The notes below the pieces were generated by a model. It saw only the letters and a program-made list of their open reading frames with translations. It was not told the origin of the DNA and made no database searches. Positions 26,165 to 39,199 of a stretch of DNA of 64,000 nt are shown here, in pieces. The stretch is from Chiloscyllium plagiosum (lineage: Eukaryota): NCBI RefSeq assembly GCF_004010195.1, contig NC_057720.1:28901354-28965353 (forward strand), written 5' to 3'. Position 1 is the stretch's first letter, and the number at the start of each line of letters is the position of its first letter. The translations under genes were made by a program, and so were the position numbers.

Positions 26165-27860
26165 CTTGCAGAAATCTTTGGAGTCACATCCAAGAAGCCT
26201 CAGGTTTGTATGCACCCCCCATATTCCTGTGAGGAAGAAAGATGGAAAACTGAGCACCTGCATCGATTACCAGGCACTTAGTACAAAGGCTTATGGTGAT
26301 ACTCAGCATCTCCTAGGATTGAGGGACCATTGCATGTTCTCAAAGATCCAAAGTATTTTTGCAGTGGCAACTTGGCCCACCCTTACAACTAACTACCATT
26401 GCTGAACAAGGCAATGAAAAGATGACATTACCAATGTGCAACAGGGCACTTTGTTAACACAAGGATGTTGTTTGAGCTCTGTAATACCCCTGCAACCTTC
26501 ATGTGTTTGATGAATAAAGAATTTTGTTTACTTTAATTTCCTGTTCCTCCTTATGTAACTGGATGACAAACTCATTTTTGACTCAACATTCAAGGAGACC
26601 CTTGCAAGCTTAGACACCATCTTAGGGCACTTGTTGCAGTTTAACATAGAACAATAGAACAATAGAACAATAGAACATAGAACATAGAACAATACAGCAC
26701 AGAACAGGCCCTTCGGCCTACGATGTTGTGCCGAACATTTGTCCTAGCTTAAGCACCCATCCATGTACCTATCCAATTGCAACTTAAAGTTCGCCAATGA
26801 TTCTGACTCTGCCAATCCCACAGGCAGCGTATTCCATGCCCCCACCACTCTCTGGGTAAAGAACCTACCCCTGACATCTCCCCTATACCTTCCACCCTTC
26901 ACCTTAAGTCCCTTTGCAGCCGACAACAGCCCACTTCACTATCCACAACTCCACCAATCTTCGTATCATCTGCAAATTTGCTGACCCACCCTTTGACTCC
27001 CTCATCCAAGTCATTAATAAAAATTACGAACAGCAGAGGACCCAGAATTGATCCTGCGGAACTCCACTTGTAACTGGGCTCCAGGCTGAATATTTACCAT
27101 CTACCACCACTCTCTGCCTTCGACTGGTTAGCCAGTTTTCTATCCAATTGGCCATATTTCCCTCTATCCCATGCCTCCTGACTTTCTGCATAAGCCTACC
27201 ATGGGGAACCTTCTCAAATGCCTTACTAAAATCCATGTATACTACATCCACTGCTCTACCCTCATCCACATACTTGGTCACCTCCTCAAACAATTCAATA
27301 TGACTTGTAAGGCAAGACCTACCCTTCTCAAATCCGTGCTGGCTGTCCCTAATCAAGCATTGTCTTTCCAGATAAATCCTATCCCTCAGTACCCTTTCCA
27401 TTACTTTGCCACCGAAGTAAGACTAACTGGCCTGTAATTCCCGGGGTTATCCCTATTCCCTTTTTTGAACAGGGGCACAACATTCGCCACTCTCCAGTCC
27501 CCTGGTACCACCCCTGTTGACAGTGAAGACGAAAAGATCATTGCCAACGGCTCTGCAATTTCCCCTCTTGCTTCCCACATAATCCTAGGATATATCCCGT
27601 CAGGCACTCTTTCATTTGAAAGTCAAATGAAAGAGTGCTAACCTTTCTAGGTATAAGTACAATACCTTGATCTTTTCCTTACCAAAGAAGACATTACTCC
27701 TGACGGTGACAATGTCATAGTGGTAGGGGTTGGCCCTGGCCTAAAATAGAGAGGAAACTGCCTGGATTCCTTAGCTGGTTACTGAAGGAGGTTTGTGTGA
27801 AGCGGTGTGCATTTGGCTGCACACTCTATGATTTGCTGAGAAAGTTAGTGAATGCTTCAG
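26165..27860 (+). mobile_element. Decayed Gypsy-type LTR retrotransposon pol, split by a CR1
   Basis: PVRKKDGKLSTCIDYQAL, RM.F.LCNTPATF and LDD before the CR1; LAGY.RRFV..LYDLL after it. Confidence 0.8.
26643..27606 (-). mobile_element. Young CR1 LINE, 5'-truncated with an internal deletion
   Basis: Well-preserved RT ORFs 27024-27607 and (CATAGAA/CAATAGAA)n tail. Confidence 0.95.
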
Positions 27861-28126
27861 GCATGATTGAGAAAAGTCAATACGAAGTGTGCTACTTTAC
27901 AGAGCACCACAGGAGACTGGACCGCAGCAGGTGAAGACTCAGTTTACACTTTCAAGTAGAAGCGTGTATCATCACCTGTCCCAGAAACCAATCCCCGTTT
28001 CCTTGGCCTCGGCATGGTGTTGTCAGAGGTTTAGGGGCAGAAGGGAGAGGTCACTGCTAACGCCAGTCGAAGAAAACTATCAGAATACTGATGAAGATTG
28101 ACAGGATTAATTTACATCTGTCTTAC

Positions 28127-28360
28127 ACACATTGAGTTTTGATGTTTCTTGTTGTCCAGAGTGAAACAAAGATGCAGGTCAGCTAAAATACAGTAACTCT
28201 TTTGGATCCATCTATAAACAAAGGGATGTATAAATTTCCCAAATGGATCTAAATATTCATATTTGATTAAGTATTCACTTGAGACTGGGGACTGTCTGTA
28301 GCTTACAATGCCAAAAGCCACATGATTTATAGCAGTCTTTTTAACTGTTGGTTTTTTTGC
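28127..28360 (-). pseudogene. GREB1-like exon, open for 78 codons (AKKPTVKK..SPVSSEY..LDPFGKFIHPFVYRWIQKSYCILADL..)
   Basis: Acceptor aattag, donor gtaaga, phase 0-0; resembles recalled TPVCTSYNLEPHSIRPFQLAVAQK..CSIADS. Confidence 0.7.
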
Positions 28361-29286
28361 CTAATTTTAAAAGTATTGCTTGTAAGTTTATAGTTTAGAA
28401 GGACATGCCAAAAAAATGGATGAGAATTTCAGCTGCAGGACAATGGAGGTAGAGGTGGAGTCTAGCAATCTCATAGAAAATAGGGGACGTTAATGATGTT
28501 GTTGAAAGCTCATTCACAGGCAGTGCTTAAAGTACGCAAGGGCAACATCTGAAATCGCCCGAGAAAGTGGATAAATTGCCCACTAAGAATGAATCACAGC
28601 GGCAACCAATCTGAGGGAAATTACTTACAGTATGTGCAAGAGAAGAATTTGGAAGGAGCCACTCCTCCAATCACTGCCCACTGCTCCTCAATGTTTGCTG
28701 CTGATAGGCTGACTAGTCAGCCTATCAGGGGTGAGGACTTAGGGGACAAATGTCTGCAGGATGAGGCCTTGGAAGGAGTGAGTCTGTGGAGTGAGGATTG
28801 AAGGGGATAGATCTGCAGGAGAAGAACAAGGGCAAGAACTAGGGGAGGTCTGTTCCATGGGAGGAATGAGTCAGCTAGACAGGGAGAGAAGTAACAGCTG
28901 GACTGGTAATGGAAGCGACTGGCAGCAAAGGGAAGAAGGCAATGGTTGCAAAAGAGAAATGGGGAGATAAAATAAAGTTTATAAAGTGGGGCGGGAGAAG
29001 ATAGAGGTCACAAAGTGGAAGTGGGTGAAGCCAGTGAGTTCAAAATAGACAGGTGGTAAGACATGCACCGCTGTTGACAGTGAAGACGAAAAGATCATTG
29101 CCAACGGCTCTGCAATTTCCCCTCTTGCTTCCCACATAAGGGAGAGGTTGAAGTGAGTGGTGCAGAGGGGATGAGATGAGAAGTGAATGTGTCAAAAAGG
29201 GGAGATGTGTTGAGAATCGAATGGCTACAAAGGGGAAAGGGAGGAGGCTGCCAAGGGGACCCTGTCGACAAAGGAAACCTAGCTAC

Positions 29287-29491
29287 CTGGGAACCAGAAA
29301 ATGTTATGGCCTGATAGTCATTTCTGTAGCATAAATAGGAGTTGTCTATTGAACTCTGTGGAATCCTCGATGCAAAAGATTCTGAAGGAATTGCACAGGA
29401 AATTAAAGATTTCCCTGGCCTGGAACCCTTGGAAGTTTTCATTTCAATTGAGAATCCACAGAGTTCTGCTGATGTTTAGTAAATAGTTACT
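29287..29491 (-). pseudogene. GREB1-like exon with two TGA (SNYLLNI..GFQAREIF..TEFNRQLLFML)
   Basis: Acceptor ttatttcag, donor gtagct; resembles recalled TNYVVII..GKYQARIL..AEYQKEVNYEL. Confidence 0.65.
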
Positions 29492-30490
29492 CTGAAATAA
29501 TTGTCTAACTCTTGAACAACTATTAAACTGACTGCCAACCTACCTCCCCCAGACCCTAACCTGGCATCCCCTGCCAATGGACTGACAGACTCTCTCCCAC
29601 TGGGATCCGATAATCTGCTACCTCTCCACAATTGCACATGCATTATCTGCCCTGACAGACACTTGCCCTGTATGCCCAGGGCCCAACCCACACTTCCTCT
29701 ACCCCATGACACAATCGCCCAACACTCCATCTTTGGTCTGGGTCCAACAGCACTGCTTTACAGGTGGACCCAACCCCCTTTCCCACTTTCTGAAGCAGAT
29801 CACCATTTCCCCAGCCCCATTATGACACCATGTTTCACCACTCTGACCTGGCCTCTACAAAGCCCTGGCCCTGGCCCTGGCCCTGTCCCTGTCATTAAGT
29901 ACCCATTTGGCACGTTACCCACCTGGCACCCTAATCTCATACTTACCCTATGTACTTAATGTTTGACAATAGCTGTCAAAGTGGCTGACTGTGATTCTCG
30001 ACCTTTAAATATCAGAATATAGCAGCTGATTGGTGGAAAGCTGATTGGTGGTTTGCCTTTTCCTGCACAATGAGAGAACTGTCAGAATTGAAGTACATTT
30101 CCACATTTCTGAAGGAGCATTGATTGGAATCTCCTTTCAGAAATAGAGAACTCTTTCATTTTATAAAAACCTGCAACAGATTGCCATTCCTTATAAAATC
30201 TGGCTGGATGCCATGGGTAATAAATTCCTTGCACTTTAATGTGCTTTTAATGAAGTATATATCAGTCATTTTATAAAGAAAAGTGTTGTTATAAACCCAT
30301 GGCTGTTGACTTGTGCCAGTTTATATATTGTGGTGTCCAGGAAATTTAATCTTCCCTTGAGTTGTGGCTTTAAGGTTAATGGCAGCTGATAATTCTTTAA
30401 GATATTATTAATTTATTTTAATATTGATTTGGTCAGTCCAAATATTCACATGTTAACTGAAATACAGAAGAAAAATGTGCCAAACCTTAC

Positions 30491-30580
30491 CAGACATTGG
30501 TTTTCATTGAATTTCATGAAAGTATTTGCTTCACAAGGCCTGGCAAGTTTTTTCAATCAAAGTGATTGTCATACGCTCAT
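30491..30580 (-). pseudogene. 90-nt phase 0-0 exon with two TGA
   Basis: AG and gtaagg boundaries; bridges the exons at 33500 and 29491 in frame. Confidence 0.5.
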
Positions 30581-31249
30581 CTAATCAATTACATTCCATG
30601 AACCAATGATTCCATACCCTAATGATGCCCTGTCCAGACTATCCATCCTTAATTCTCTCACTCATCGTAGGTGGAAATATTCTGACTGCCAGGGTATCCC
30701 AGAATCCCGAGCTGAGGTAATTTCTTTGAATGCCAGCCATGAACCCTGTCAAACACTGGCAAACCAGAGTGGCTAGTCACCGTGGATGTAATGGGATGGC
30801 AACTACAACCTACTCATCTCAGGGTACATAGGTGGTGTGGCTGACACTTCCTTGCACATATAACTGCACATTTCTACCCCAGTTGCCATTCCAGCACCAA
30901 GGCATGCAGCTTCCCTTAACCACATCCCACCTCACAACTCTTTCCAAATCACAACTACTCTTTGTTAAATACTCATTGGAGCCCAGCAATTGATCATTGC
31001 TCAATTTCGATCATCACAACAAGGGAAGCCTTCAAAAGGTGCAAAATAATAAATTTTCTTCACCAACACCAAAAACAAACAAGAACCAAAGAGAAAGAAT
31101 TCCATTTGGCTCTCAGAAAAGAATTGAATTACTTGCATGTTGTTTATCAACAAATTTAAAGTAAATGAGTAATCACTGCACTCAGCTGTCATCTACTGGA
31201 ACTGGACGACAATTAAGTCCTGTCTAGCTTGGAGCATCTGACACTCCAG

Positions 31250-31506
31250 TGCCGCATCATGCACAAGGTGACGTTCCTCCAGCTCAATGACTTCATTTAC
31301 CGCTTCAAAAAACTGTTTTAGCTCTCCCAGCTCATCAGCCTCTTTGTCTACCCAAATTGTACAGAGAACGGCATGTTGAGATTATGTGGGACATTCTGTC
31401 TGGAGTGTACTGTCAGCAACCCTCCAAGACTGAGCTAAGCATTGGAACCTCACTTTCCACAGCCCTATCATCCACTCCATCTTAGCCCTGGCCAAAGATG
31501 GGATTA

Positions 31507-31541
<35 letters not shown>

Positions 31542-32300
31542 CTCCACCTCAGTCAGGGGATTGCATAATGGAGTCATCATCTTGGTTGCAGAGGTACATC
31601 TTGTCCTCCAATAACAATCCTTATAAAGCATCTGGCCCCCAAATACAGCAGGAACATGAGAACTCTCAAGGATATTGGCATTGTGGCAGCTTCAGGATAG
31701 TGGATGCAAATTTCCATGAAGTGGAACAGATGACCACAGATCACTTGCACATGGAATAGAGCCCTTTTCTATTGTTAGACTCAGATACATTATGATATGG
31801 CCCTCCCATTGTCACATATGCACAGTCAATCACACACTGTACCTGAGGGATGTCAACTATGTTCCAAAGCCTACTGCCCTGCAGCAGGGCTGACTTCATC
31901 ATGGGGACGCGAGATGAAGTGGTGTGATCTGGCACATAACATCAGTAACAACCTTAATACATGTATGGGCAAATTATTGAGAGATCCCCACAGGTCTTCC
32001 GATGCATAACTGGTCAGCTAAAAGCAAATATTGTGGATGCTGGAAATACGAAATATAAACAGAAATTGCTGGAAAAACTCCTTCAGAACCATAAAGGTTC
32101 GATGGAGCTGTCACCTCAAGGGCTACCAGGAAACGATGGCCACCCATTCCCTCAGGTCACAAGTCCTCTCCAGCAGTCAGCATAGTTCTGTCACCGTCTG
32201 AGGATATCCTTGGTCTGTGTGCACCTCACTCATCTGGAGGAAATACATTCAAGGATCACCTGCCTATTCTAAGTGGACCTTCAGCTGTAGCTTCTTCACG
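31250..32300 (-). mobile_element. PIF/Harbinger (HARBI1-like) transposase remnant, with a (TA)n tract at about 31509-31537
   Basis: PQVQCVIDCAYV..NRKGLYS and GLWKVRFQCL..QYTPDR..C.SLYN motifs. Confidence 0.85.
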
Positions 32301-32309
32301 TAGAGGTGG

Positions 32310-32750
32310 TGGGGAAGCAGTGGTTAGCCCTACAACCTCACAGCACCAAGGACCTAGATTTGATTCCAGCCTTGGACAGGGATTCTGGGTAATCCAAGAT
32401 GGAGAACAGGAAAAAATTGTGGCTGTAAGAACTGTTCCTGTGGCAGCACAGTGACGACTCACAGCGCCAGGAACTAGGGTTCAATTCAAGCCTCAGGGGA
32501 CTTGTGTGGAGTTTGCACATTCTCTCAATGTCTATGTGGCTTTCATCCTGGTGCTCCGGTTTCTTCCCACAGTCCAAAGATATGCAGGTTAGGTGAATTG
32601 GCTGTGCTAAATTGTCCATAGCATTTAGGGATGCGTAGGTTAGGTGCATAATGTAAGGGAATGGGTCTGAATGAGTTACTCTTCGGAGGGTCAATGTGGA
32701 CCTGTTGGGCTGAAGGGCCTGTTTCCACACTGTAGGGATTCTATGAGATT
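32310..32750 (+). mobile_element. HE1-like SINE with an extra head fragment
   Basis: Two tRNA-like heads (about 32310 and 32440) and one body and tail. Confidence 0.85.
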
Positions 32751-33499
32751 CTATTCTATCAGGTTATTCAGCATCCATTAGAGGTCACTGCTAGCCCTGG
32801 GCTTGCTGGTACATCTGCCCCTCCGCCATTTCTCTGCATCTTTTTGTACCACAGCAATAGCAAGATTAATGCTTGCTGTGACAGGATCTATCATACGCAC
32901 TTGCAATGAACCAGTGTGAGAATCTGAAGAAACAGGACAGGTCTTTAGTAATGTGAGCAGTTAGCATTTGCATCACAACAAATGATGGTGTGGTTCACCA
33001 TAGTCCTCCATACAGTGGGAAATGGAGGACTTCAACAAAGAGAACCACACATTGACTCTGCATGGAACGTTGACATTAGACTTTTTTCTGATTAATGCAC
33101 TACAATCTCATTGCAAGAGACAGTGGAGATTACAATTACTGCATTAGTACTCAATGCTTCTCCTCCCAGACCAACATCACTCACAAAAAGCATCATTGTA
33201 TATAAGAGCATATTTAAATTTAGTTATAATTTCAACTTGAAAGAAAATCAATCTATGAGGTATTGGATTATCTTCACTAATAAGGCCTGCAAGTGTTTCT
33301 TTTAAGGACCTCTAGAATTGCTGCTGCTTAACAGACATGCATATCTTTGAACAGCAAGGGCCAATAACATGGTTAAGAAAGCTTGTGACCAGCATTTGTA
33401 CCCTGCACATTCAGACACAGTATGCTTTTCACATGCAAGATACTGTAATTACAGATTACTTCAACCTGCACTCTGCGAGATCATGATTGGTGCTCTTAC

Positions 33500-33606
33500 C
33501 CCTTGAAGATCCAAGCATTGCACAGAATTGGAGCACAAGCTGGACAGCAAAAATACACTGACCTCACTCATTACTGTGATCACAGCTATTTTCCATTCTT
33601 TAGGAA
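33500..33606 (-). pseudogene. GREB1-like exon, open: PKEWKIAVITVMSEVSVFLLSSLCSNSVQCLDLQG
   Basis: Acceptor gatttctcag, donor gtaaga; resembles recalled ASSCNDSVHVIE. Confidence 0.7.
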
Positions 33607-34374
33607 CTGAGAAATCGTGAAAGGGAGCACAGTTTGTAGTTGGCTTTATGTGTCTCAGGTTCATCAGGTCCCCTACTAAAGCTCCATATTCCTTTCTGTC
33701 TGGCATTTCCTGGACAGTCCATCACTACGCATCCCCAATTTTTTCATCCACTACCTCCATCCACAACTAATGTCCTCCACGCACTACTTGTCCCCCACTT
33801 CAAGTGTTGAATGTCTCTCCTTCTTCATCTTCCTTGTCCTCTCCGTATCTCAGGTTGCTGCCTCCAGTCCCCAGCATTGAGTTCTCCTATTTCCCTACCG
33901 CATCTGTGTTCCCTGTTAACCCCCAGACATTCATTCCACTGAAGTGGACTGTCTATGTCCAACTCCCCTGACCAATCTGTATTAACAGATCCAACTGGAG
34001 ACTAACCAGATCCCTGAAAGCTCTCTGTGCAACTCCACAATGGATGGTTCCCAAACACCCTGACTATTTGCACTGGACCTGCAGGATCGACTGTGAACCA
34101 CTTCCCAGACTGTAGTGAGATGAACATCCTGACCCTGCCCTTCCCAAGTGGATAACTGACCATACCCAAACTCCTAGATTGTGAAATAAACAATGCCTTT
34201 GACTATCTGCACCAGGAATAATGACAGAGCCCCTTGATTTGAACTACTTGCCTTCATGATGTTTCTTCTTATGGGAGAATATAGAACTTTGGGTGAGAGC
34301 TTAAAAACAACAAGGTAAAGGGAAAGTTACCATGCTCCTACCAGATCATACCGCAGCTCTCCAAAAAATAAAGA

Positions 34375-34820
34375 AAAGCCCAGGAACAGGTCCTTTGGCC
34401 CACCAAGACTATGCCAACACATGTTGCCTTTCCACCGTAGGAATGCTTTGCCTCCATGCAGTCCGTACCCCTTTATTCCCTGCCTCTTCATATATCTGTC
34501 AAGATGCTTCTTAAACCTTGCTATTGTATCCGCCTCCACCACCTTGTCTGCCAGCGCATTCCAGGCACTTAGCACCTTCTGTGTAAAAAACTTGCCTCTC
34601 ACATCTCCTTTAAACTTATCACTTTTTACCTTAAACCTACACCTCCCAGTAATTGACATTTCTACCCTGGGAAAAAGACTCCAACTATTCGTGCTTCTCA
34701 AAGTTTTGTAAACTTCTATCAGATTACCCCTCATTCTCTGACATTCAAGTGTAAACAAATCAAGTTTATCAACCTCTTCTCATAGCTAATACTCACCAAA
34801 TCAGACAACATCCTGGTATC
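34375..34820 (-). mobile_element. CR1 LINE 3' fragment
   Basis: ORF 34327-34758: RGNLIEVYK, GDVRGKFFTQKV. Confidence 0.9.
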
Positions 34821-35009
34821 TCATTAGAGAGAGAGAGAGAGAGACATCTGGTGGTGGTTTAACCTGAGAGTCACCATGCCTCAGCTCAATGGAGAAGGAG
34901 AATCCATGGTAACCTCATCTGGTGCTGGAATTCAACCCACCCTGGGTTCACACTGCATCACCTATCAGCCGTCCAATCAACTGAGATAACCATACCAATA
35001 TTTTCTCAG

Positions 35010-35375
35010 TTTTATTTTTTCATGTGTGTCATTGCGAGTCCACCATTTGTCACGAACCCTAACTGCCGTTGAGCTGATTGTCTCTCTGGGCCATTGGAGA
35101 GGGCAGTTAAGAGTGAACCACATTGCTTTGGGTCTGGAGCCGCTTATCAGCCAGATCAGGTAGAGATGGCAGATTCACTTCCCTAAAGGATGTTTGTAAA
35201 TCAGGCTGGTATTTATAACAGTTGACAATGGTAGCCATTACACTAGATTTTAAATCCGGATTGTTTTTGAATTCAAAATTCTTTATCTGCCATGGTGAGT
35301 GAACCCTTGTCCCAGACATTAGCTTGCGGTTCTGTATTACCAATTCATTAACAAAACCCCATGCCATTGCCTCTC
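35010..35375 (-). mobile_element. SacSINE1/DeuSINE-like SINE (related copies at about 36040-36410 +, 44115-44330 -, 57345-57653 -)
   Basis: Shared blocks gggcagttaagagt..ccacattgct..ggtctggag and ttccctaaagga; head ends in ccattgcctc. Confidence 0.65.
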
Positions 35376-35463
35376 CCCTCTATTTTGTTTATATGCTCTG
35401 AGCCTTCAGATACACACCATTCAATCTTTACACCAGATTTGTTGGAATATGGACCAAATATTT

Positions 35464-35919
35464 GCAGGTTTTGAGAAGATTTCTAGCTTAGGTTGAGGTT
35501 CTGGATGTAGATTTGCTCAGTGAGCTGGAAGGTTTGTTTTCAGATGTTTCATCACCATACTAGGTAACATCATCAGTGAGCCTCCAGATGAAGCACTGGT
35601 AGTATGGCCCGCTTTCTATTTATGTGTTTAGGTTTCCTTGTGTTAGTGATGTCATTCCTGTGGTGATGTTATTTCTTTTTCTTTTTCTCAGGAGGTCCCA
35701 TTTACCACCCCTGAGAAAAAGAACAGGAAATGACATTACCACGTGAAATGATGTCACCACCAGAAATGGCATCACCAACTCAAGGAAACCTAAACACATA
35801 AATAAAAAGCGGGCCATACCATCAGTGCTTCATCTGGAGGCACACTGATGATGTCACCTAGTATGGTGCTAGAACATCTGAAAATGAACCTTCCAGCTCA
35901 CCGCAGAAACTTACATCCA
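35464..35919. mobile_element. Palindromic Penelope (Poseidon-like) terminal element with hammerhead cores
   Basis: Arms about 35500-35695 and 35703-35919 are reverse complements; flanked by GGACCAAAT(T)ATTT on both sides. Confidence 0.85.
35538..35580 (-). ncRNA. Minimal type I hammerhead ribozyme motif
   Basis: Minus strand reads UCA-CUGAUGA-uGUUACC-uaguau-GGUGAU-GAAAC-AUC-UGA; stems I and II can pair. Confidence 0.7.
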
Positions 35920-37060
35920 GGACCAAATTATTTTTAAATAGTTTGCACATTTCTGTTTTACTCCTTGAGACTTCTTTAGCAATGATAACAGGCAGGTCAA
36001 TTGCAAATGCTCCTTGTATCTAATTAAAAGGGTATAAGATCACACAGCAATGTTATTGGCCTAGTGATTCAGAAAATGTGACTTCAAACACTGCCGTGAT
36101 AGGCTCAGAATGCAATTTCTTTTTAATCCTGGAATAAAAAGCAGTTTAATGACAACTGATCTTGAAGCTTTTGGATTATATTAAAAATGGTTTTCTAATA
36201 CACTCCAGAAAAAGAAGCATGCCATTTTTACCCTTCTTGACCTACATGTGGCTCCACCATGGTTAATTTTGGCTGAGCAAGTCACCAGTTGTATCAAACT
36301 GTGTGTTATGGTTGAAGAAGATGAGTCACCAACAACTTCTCAAGGTCACAATGGATGGGTAATAAATACTGGACTCACCAGTGATGCCAGCATTCTAAGA
36401 ATGAATTTAAAAACTGTTTTTTTTAACCTGAACAACCATTGCTCCTGAATTTACGCAAAACTCTTTGCCATCTTCACACAAATATTAGTTACAGAAACCA
36501 TAATTCTTGTCCATCTTTACTTCAACATAAAATTCTGAAGCTAAAATTCATATTTTTGCTCTTTAATATTCCATTGGTGTCTGACTGAAAACTTGATAAG
36601 TAATGCCTCACTTGTTTAGTTTCAAGGTCTTTTATAGAAAAAAAAATGGCAGAATTAACAGCACATAAATGTTATGTTGGGGCATCGATGTAATGGGTGT
36701 TAGACTGAATCCTATGGTACTACTTACACTTCTGGAAGTTGCTTTTGGAACAGTGGTTAGTAATGCTGTCTCACAGCACCAGGGACCTACATTTGATTCC
36801 ACTCTTGGGTGACTATCTGTGTGGAGTTTGCGTATTCTTTCCGTGGCTGCATGGGTTTCCTCTGGGTGCTCCCCTTTTTTCCCACAGTAGTCTTGATGGG
36901 CTGAATGACCTGCTTTCGCACTGTAGGAATTCTATGAGAAATAAAGGATGATTTTTCAATACATTAAATCAGCATACCCAGGTATGCTTGGACTGCAATG
37001 TAAACTCTGTGATTGAAACTGAAGGGACAGCCATTCTATAATATATGTATGTAAACTCAC

Positions 37061-37150
37061 GAGTGTTTGAGATTGTCGTAGTTGTGCATTCTGAAAATGT
37101 TTCAGCTCTAAGTACATATTTTCAGATCCAAGGCACATCCAAGCTTTGGT
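37061..37150 (-). pseudogene. GREB1-like 90-nt exon (DQSLDVPWI*KYVLRAETFSE..; a second frame is fully open)
   Basis: Acceptor ttgctttgtag, donor gtgagt; the phase 1-1 frame fits the next exon and resembles recalled DQVPLMEDLEQIFLRS. Confidence 0.55.
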
Positions 37151-38480
37151 CTACAAAGCAAGCACTGTTAGAGTAATTTTACATACTTTGATACAAATTA
37201 TTTTCACATGTATAATCCCTCCAAGATAAAAACTTGGCTTGAAAGACAAAACTACAGTAGTTTCCAAAATGCCAGAATCTGCATCAGATAAAGTCAAAAA
37301 TCAGCATATTAAAATTTAAGGAATAATTGTGGATAAACACTGACTTTCATATTTGGCTTCACTTAAGGTCATATATAATGAAATACTAAAATTTGCAGTC
37401 AAATCAAAGCCTTACAGAAAAAAAATCAGGAAATGCTGGACAAAGCCCAAGAGCACAGCATTAGGTATTTCAAATAAACATTTCAATTTGCATTAAGTCT
37501 CTAAATTCCAATTCACTCTTATGATATATAAATGAATGAATTCTATTAACCAGAGCTATTATCTAAATCATAAGTGTAAATATAATTTCTCAGCTCCAAA
37601 AGAGTGGCATTATTGTGACACATCCACATTCTTCAAAGTGGATCAGTAAAGCTACCCCATCTGCAAAATCGTTCTCAAGCTTGCGACTGATCTGACTATA
37701 TCAAACATGGCTTTAGCAGAATTGGATGCAAACATTACTGTAGAAGAACATTGAATTTTGACAGCTGTGCTTATCAAATGGATCAGTTAAGTGCAAAAAG
37801 AAGCAAATGTTAACAGTTACACATCATCTATGTGCATTACAGGATTGCAGTCAAAGGTAATTAATTGTGAAATGAGGCAAAACATCTGGATTACTGCGCT
37901 GTGGACCAAATGATCAATCCATTTTCCCAGCTAATATAACCTATGAATTGCAAAGTCTGTGTTTTATAGATAACGGCTGCAACTGCACTGAATTGGCAAT
38001 TAGTTGTGTGAAATTTAAACTGGTGCTGGTTTGTGAAATGAGGAGCTGTGATTGACGACCACATATTCATTCATTTCTGGGATATGGGTTTGTATATTAA
38101 CCAAACTAACGGGAAGAGATGTTACTTTTATTATGTTGTTAGATTTTCTCATTAAAATTATGGACAATCACCTTTGAGTCAGAACATTGTGGGTTTAAAC
38201 TGCACTGCAAGACAGGAACATATGGCAGCATGACATTTTCAGCTATGTTACTCTTCGGATGAGATATTAAATTAGAAGTTTCCATTTACCCTGTTTTGGT
38301 CCTTCAGTGGGTATTAAATATTTCTCAGTGGTCTTGGCAAATTTTTTTCAACTATTCACACTACATAAAGCAAATTACTAGCCTTTCATCTCATTCCAGT
38401 CACTGTACTTCAGAGTACTTCACTGTACAATAAGAGAGAAGTAAAAGACTAATCAAGAATACAGGCATTGGGATAATACT

Positions 38481-39121
38481 AGGAGAAAGTGAGGACTGCA
38501 GATCAGAGATGAAAATGTGTTGCTGGTAAAGCGCAGCAGGTCAGGCAGCATCCATGGAGCAGGCGAATCGATGTTTCGGGCATGAGCCCTTCTTCAGGAA
38601 TGAGGAAGGTGTACCAAGCAGGCTAAGATAAAAGGTAGGGAGGAGGGGCTTGGGGGAAGGGGTGTTAGAAATGCGATAGGTGGAAGGATGTAAAGGTGAG
38701 GGTGATAGGCCGGAGTNNNNNNNNNNNNNNNNNNNNNNNNNNNNNNNNNNNNNNNNNNNNNNNNNNNNNNNNNNNNNNNNNNNNNNNNNNNNNNNNNNNN
38801 NGCCTGTCTCCCCAATATAGAGGAGGCCACATCGGGTGCAGCGGATGCAGTAAATGATGTGTGTGGAGGTGCAGGTGAATTTGTGGTGGATGTGGAAGGA
38901 TCCCTTGAGGCCTTGGAGGGAAGTAAGGGGGGAGGTGTGGGCGCATGTTTTGCATTTCGGCTATGGTCTTGCGGTTGCAGGGGAAGGTGCCGGTAGTGGA
39001 AATTGGGTTGGTGGGGGGCGTGGACCTGACGAGGGAGTCACAGAGGGAGTGGTCGTTTCGGAACGCTGATAGGGGAGGGGAGGGAAATATATCCTTGGTG
39101 GTGGGGTCCGTTTGGAGGTTT
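38481..39121 (-). mobile_element. Penelope-like element spanning an 85-nt N gap (38717-38801)
   Basis: Terminus aggagaaagtgaggactgcag; CUGAAGA..GAAAC core at about 38566-38597; GIY-YIG remnant (LLYIGETG). Confidence 0.9.
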
Positions 39122-39199
39122 GGAGGATCTCTCAAAGGTGAGATGCATTCTGACTGCTTCAATTCTAGAAGAATCTGTGAGGAGTAAGAACAAAGGAGA

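Noticed and set aside
5605..37150. Multiple in-frame TGA codons read as selenocysteine
   Set aside because: TAA/TAG stops and frameshifts also occur, the TGAs do not align to recalled Cys positions, and I saw no SECIS; CpG decay is simpler
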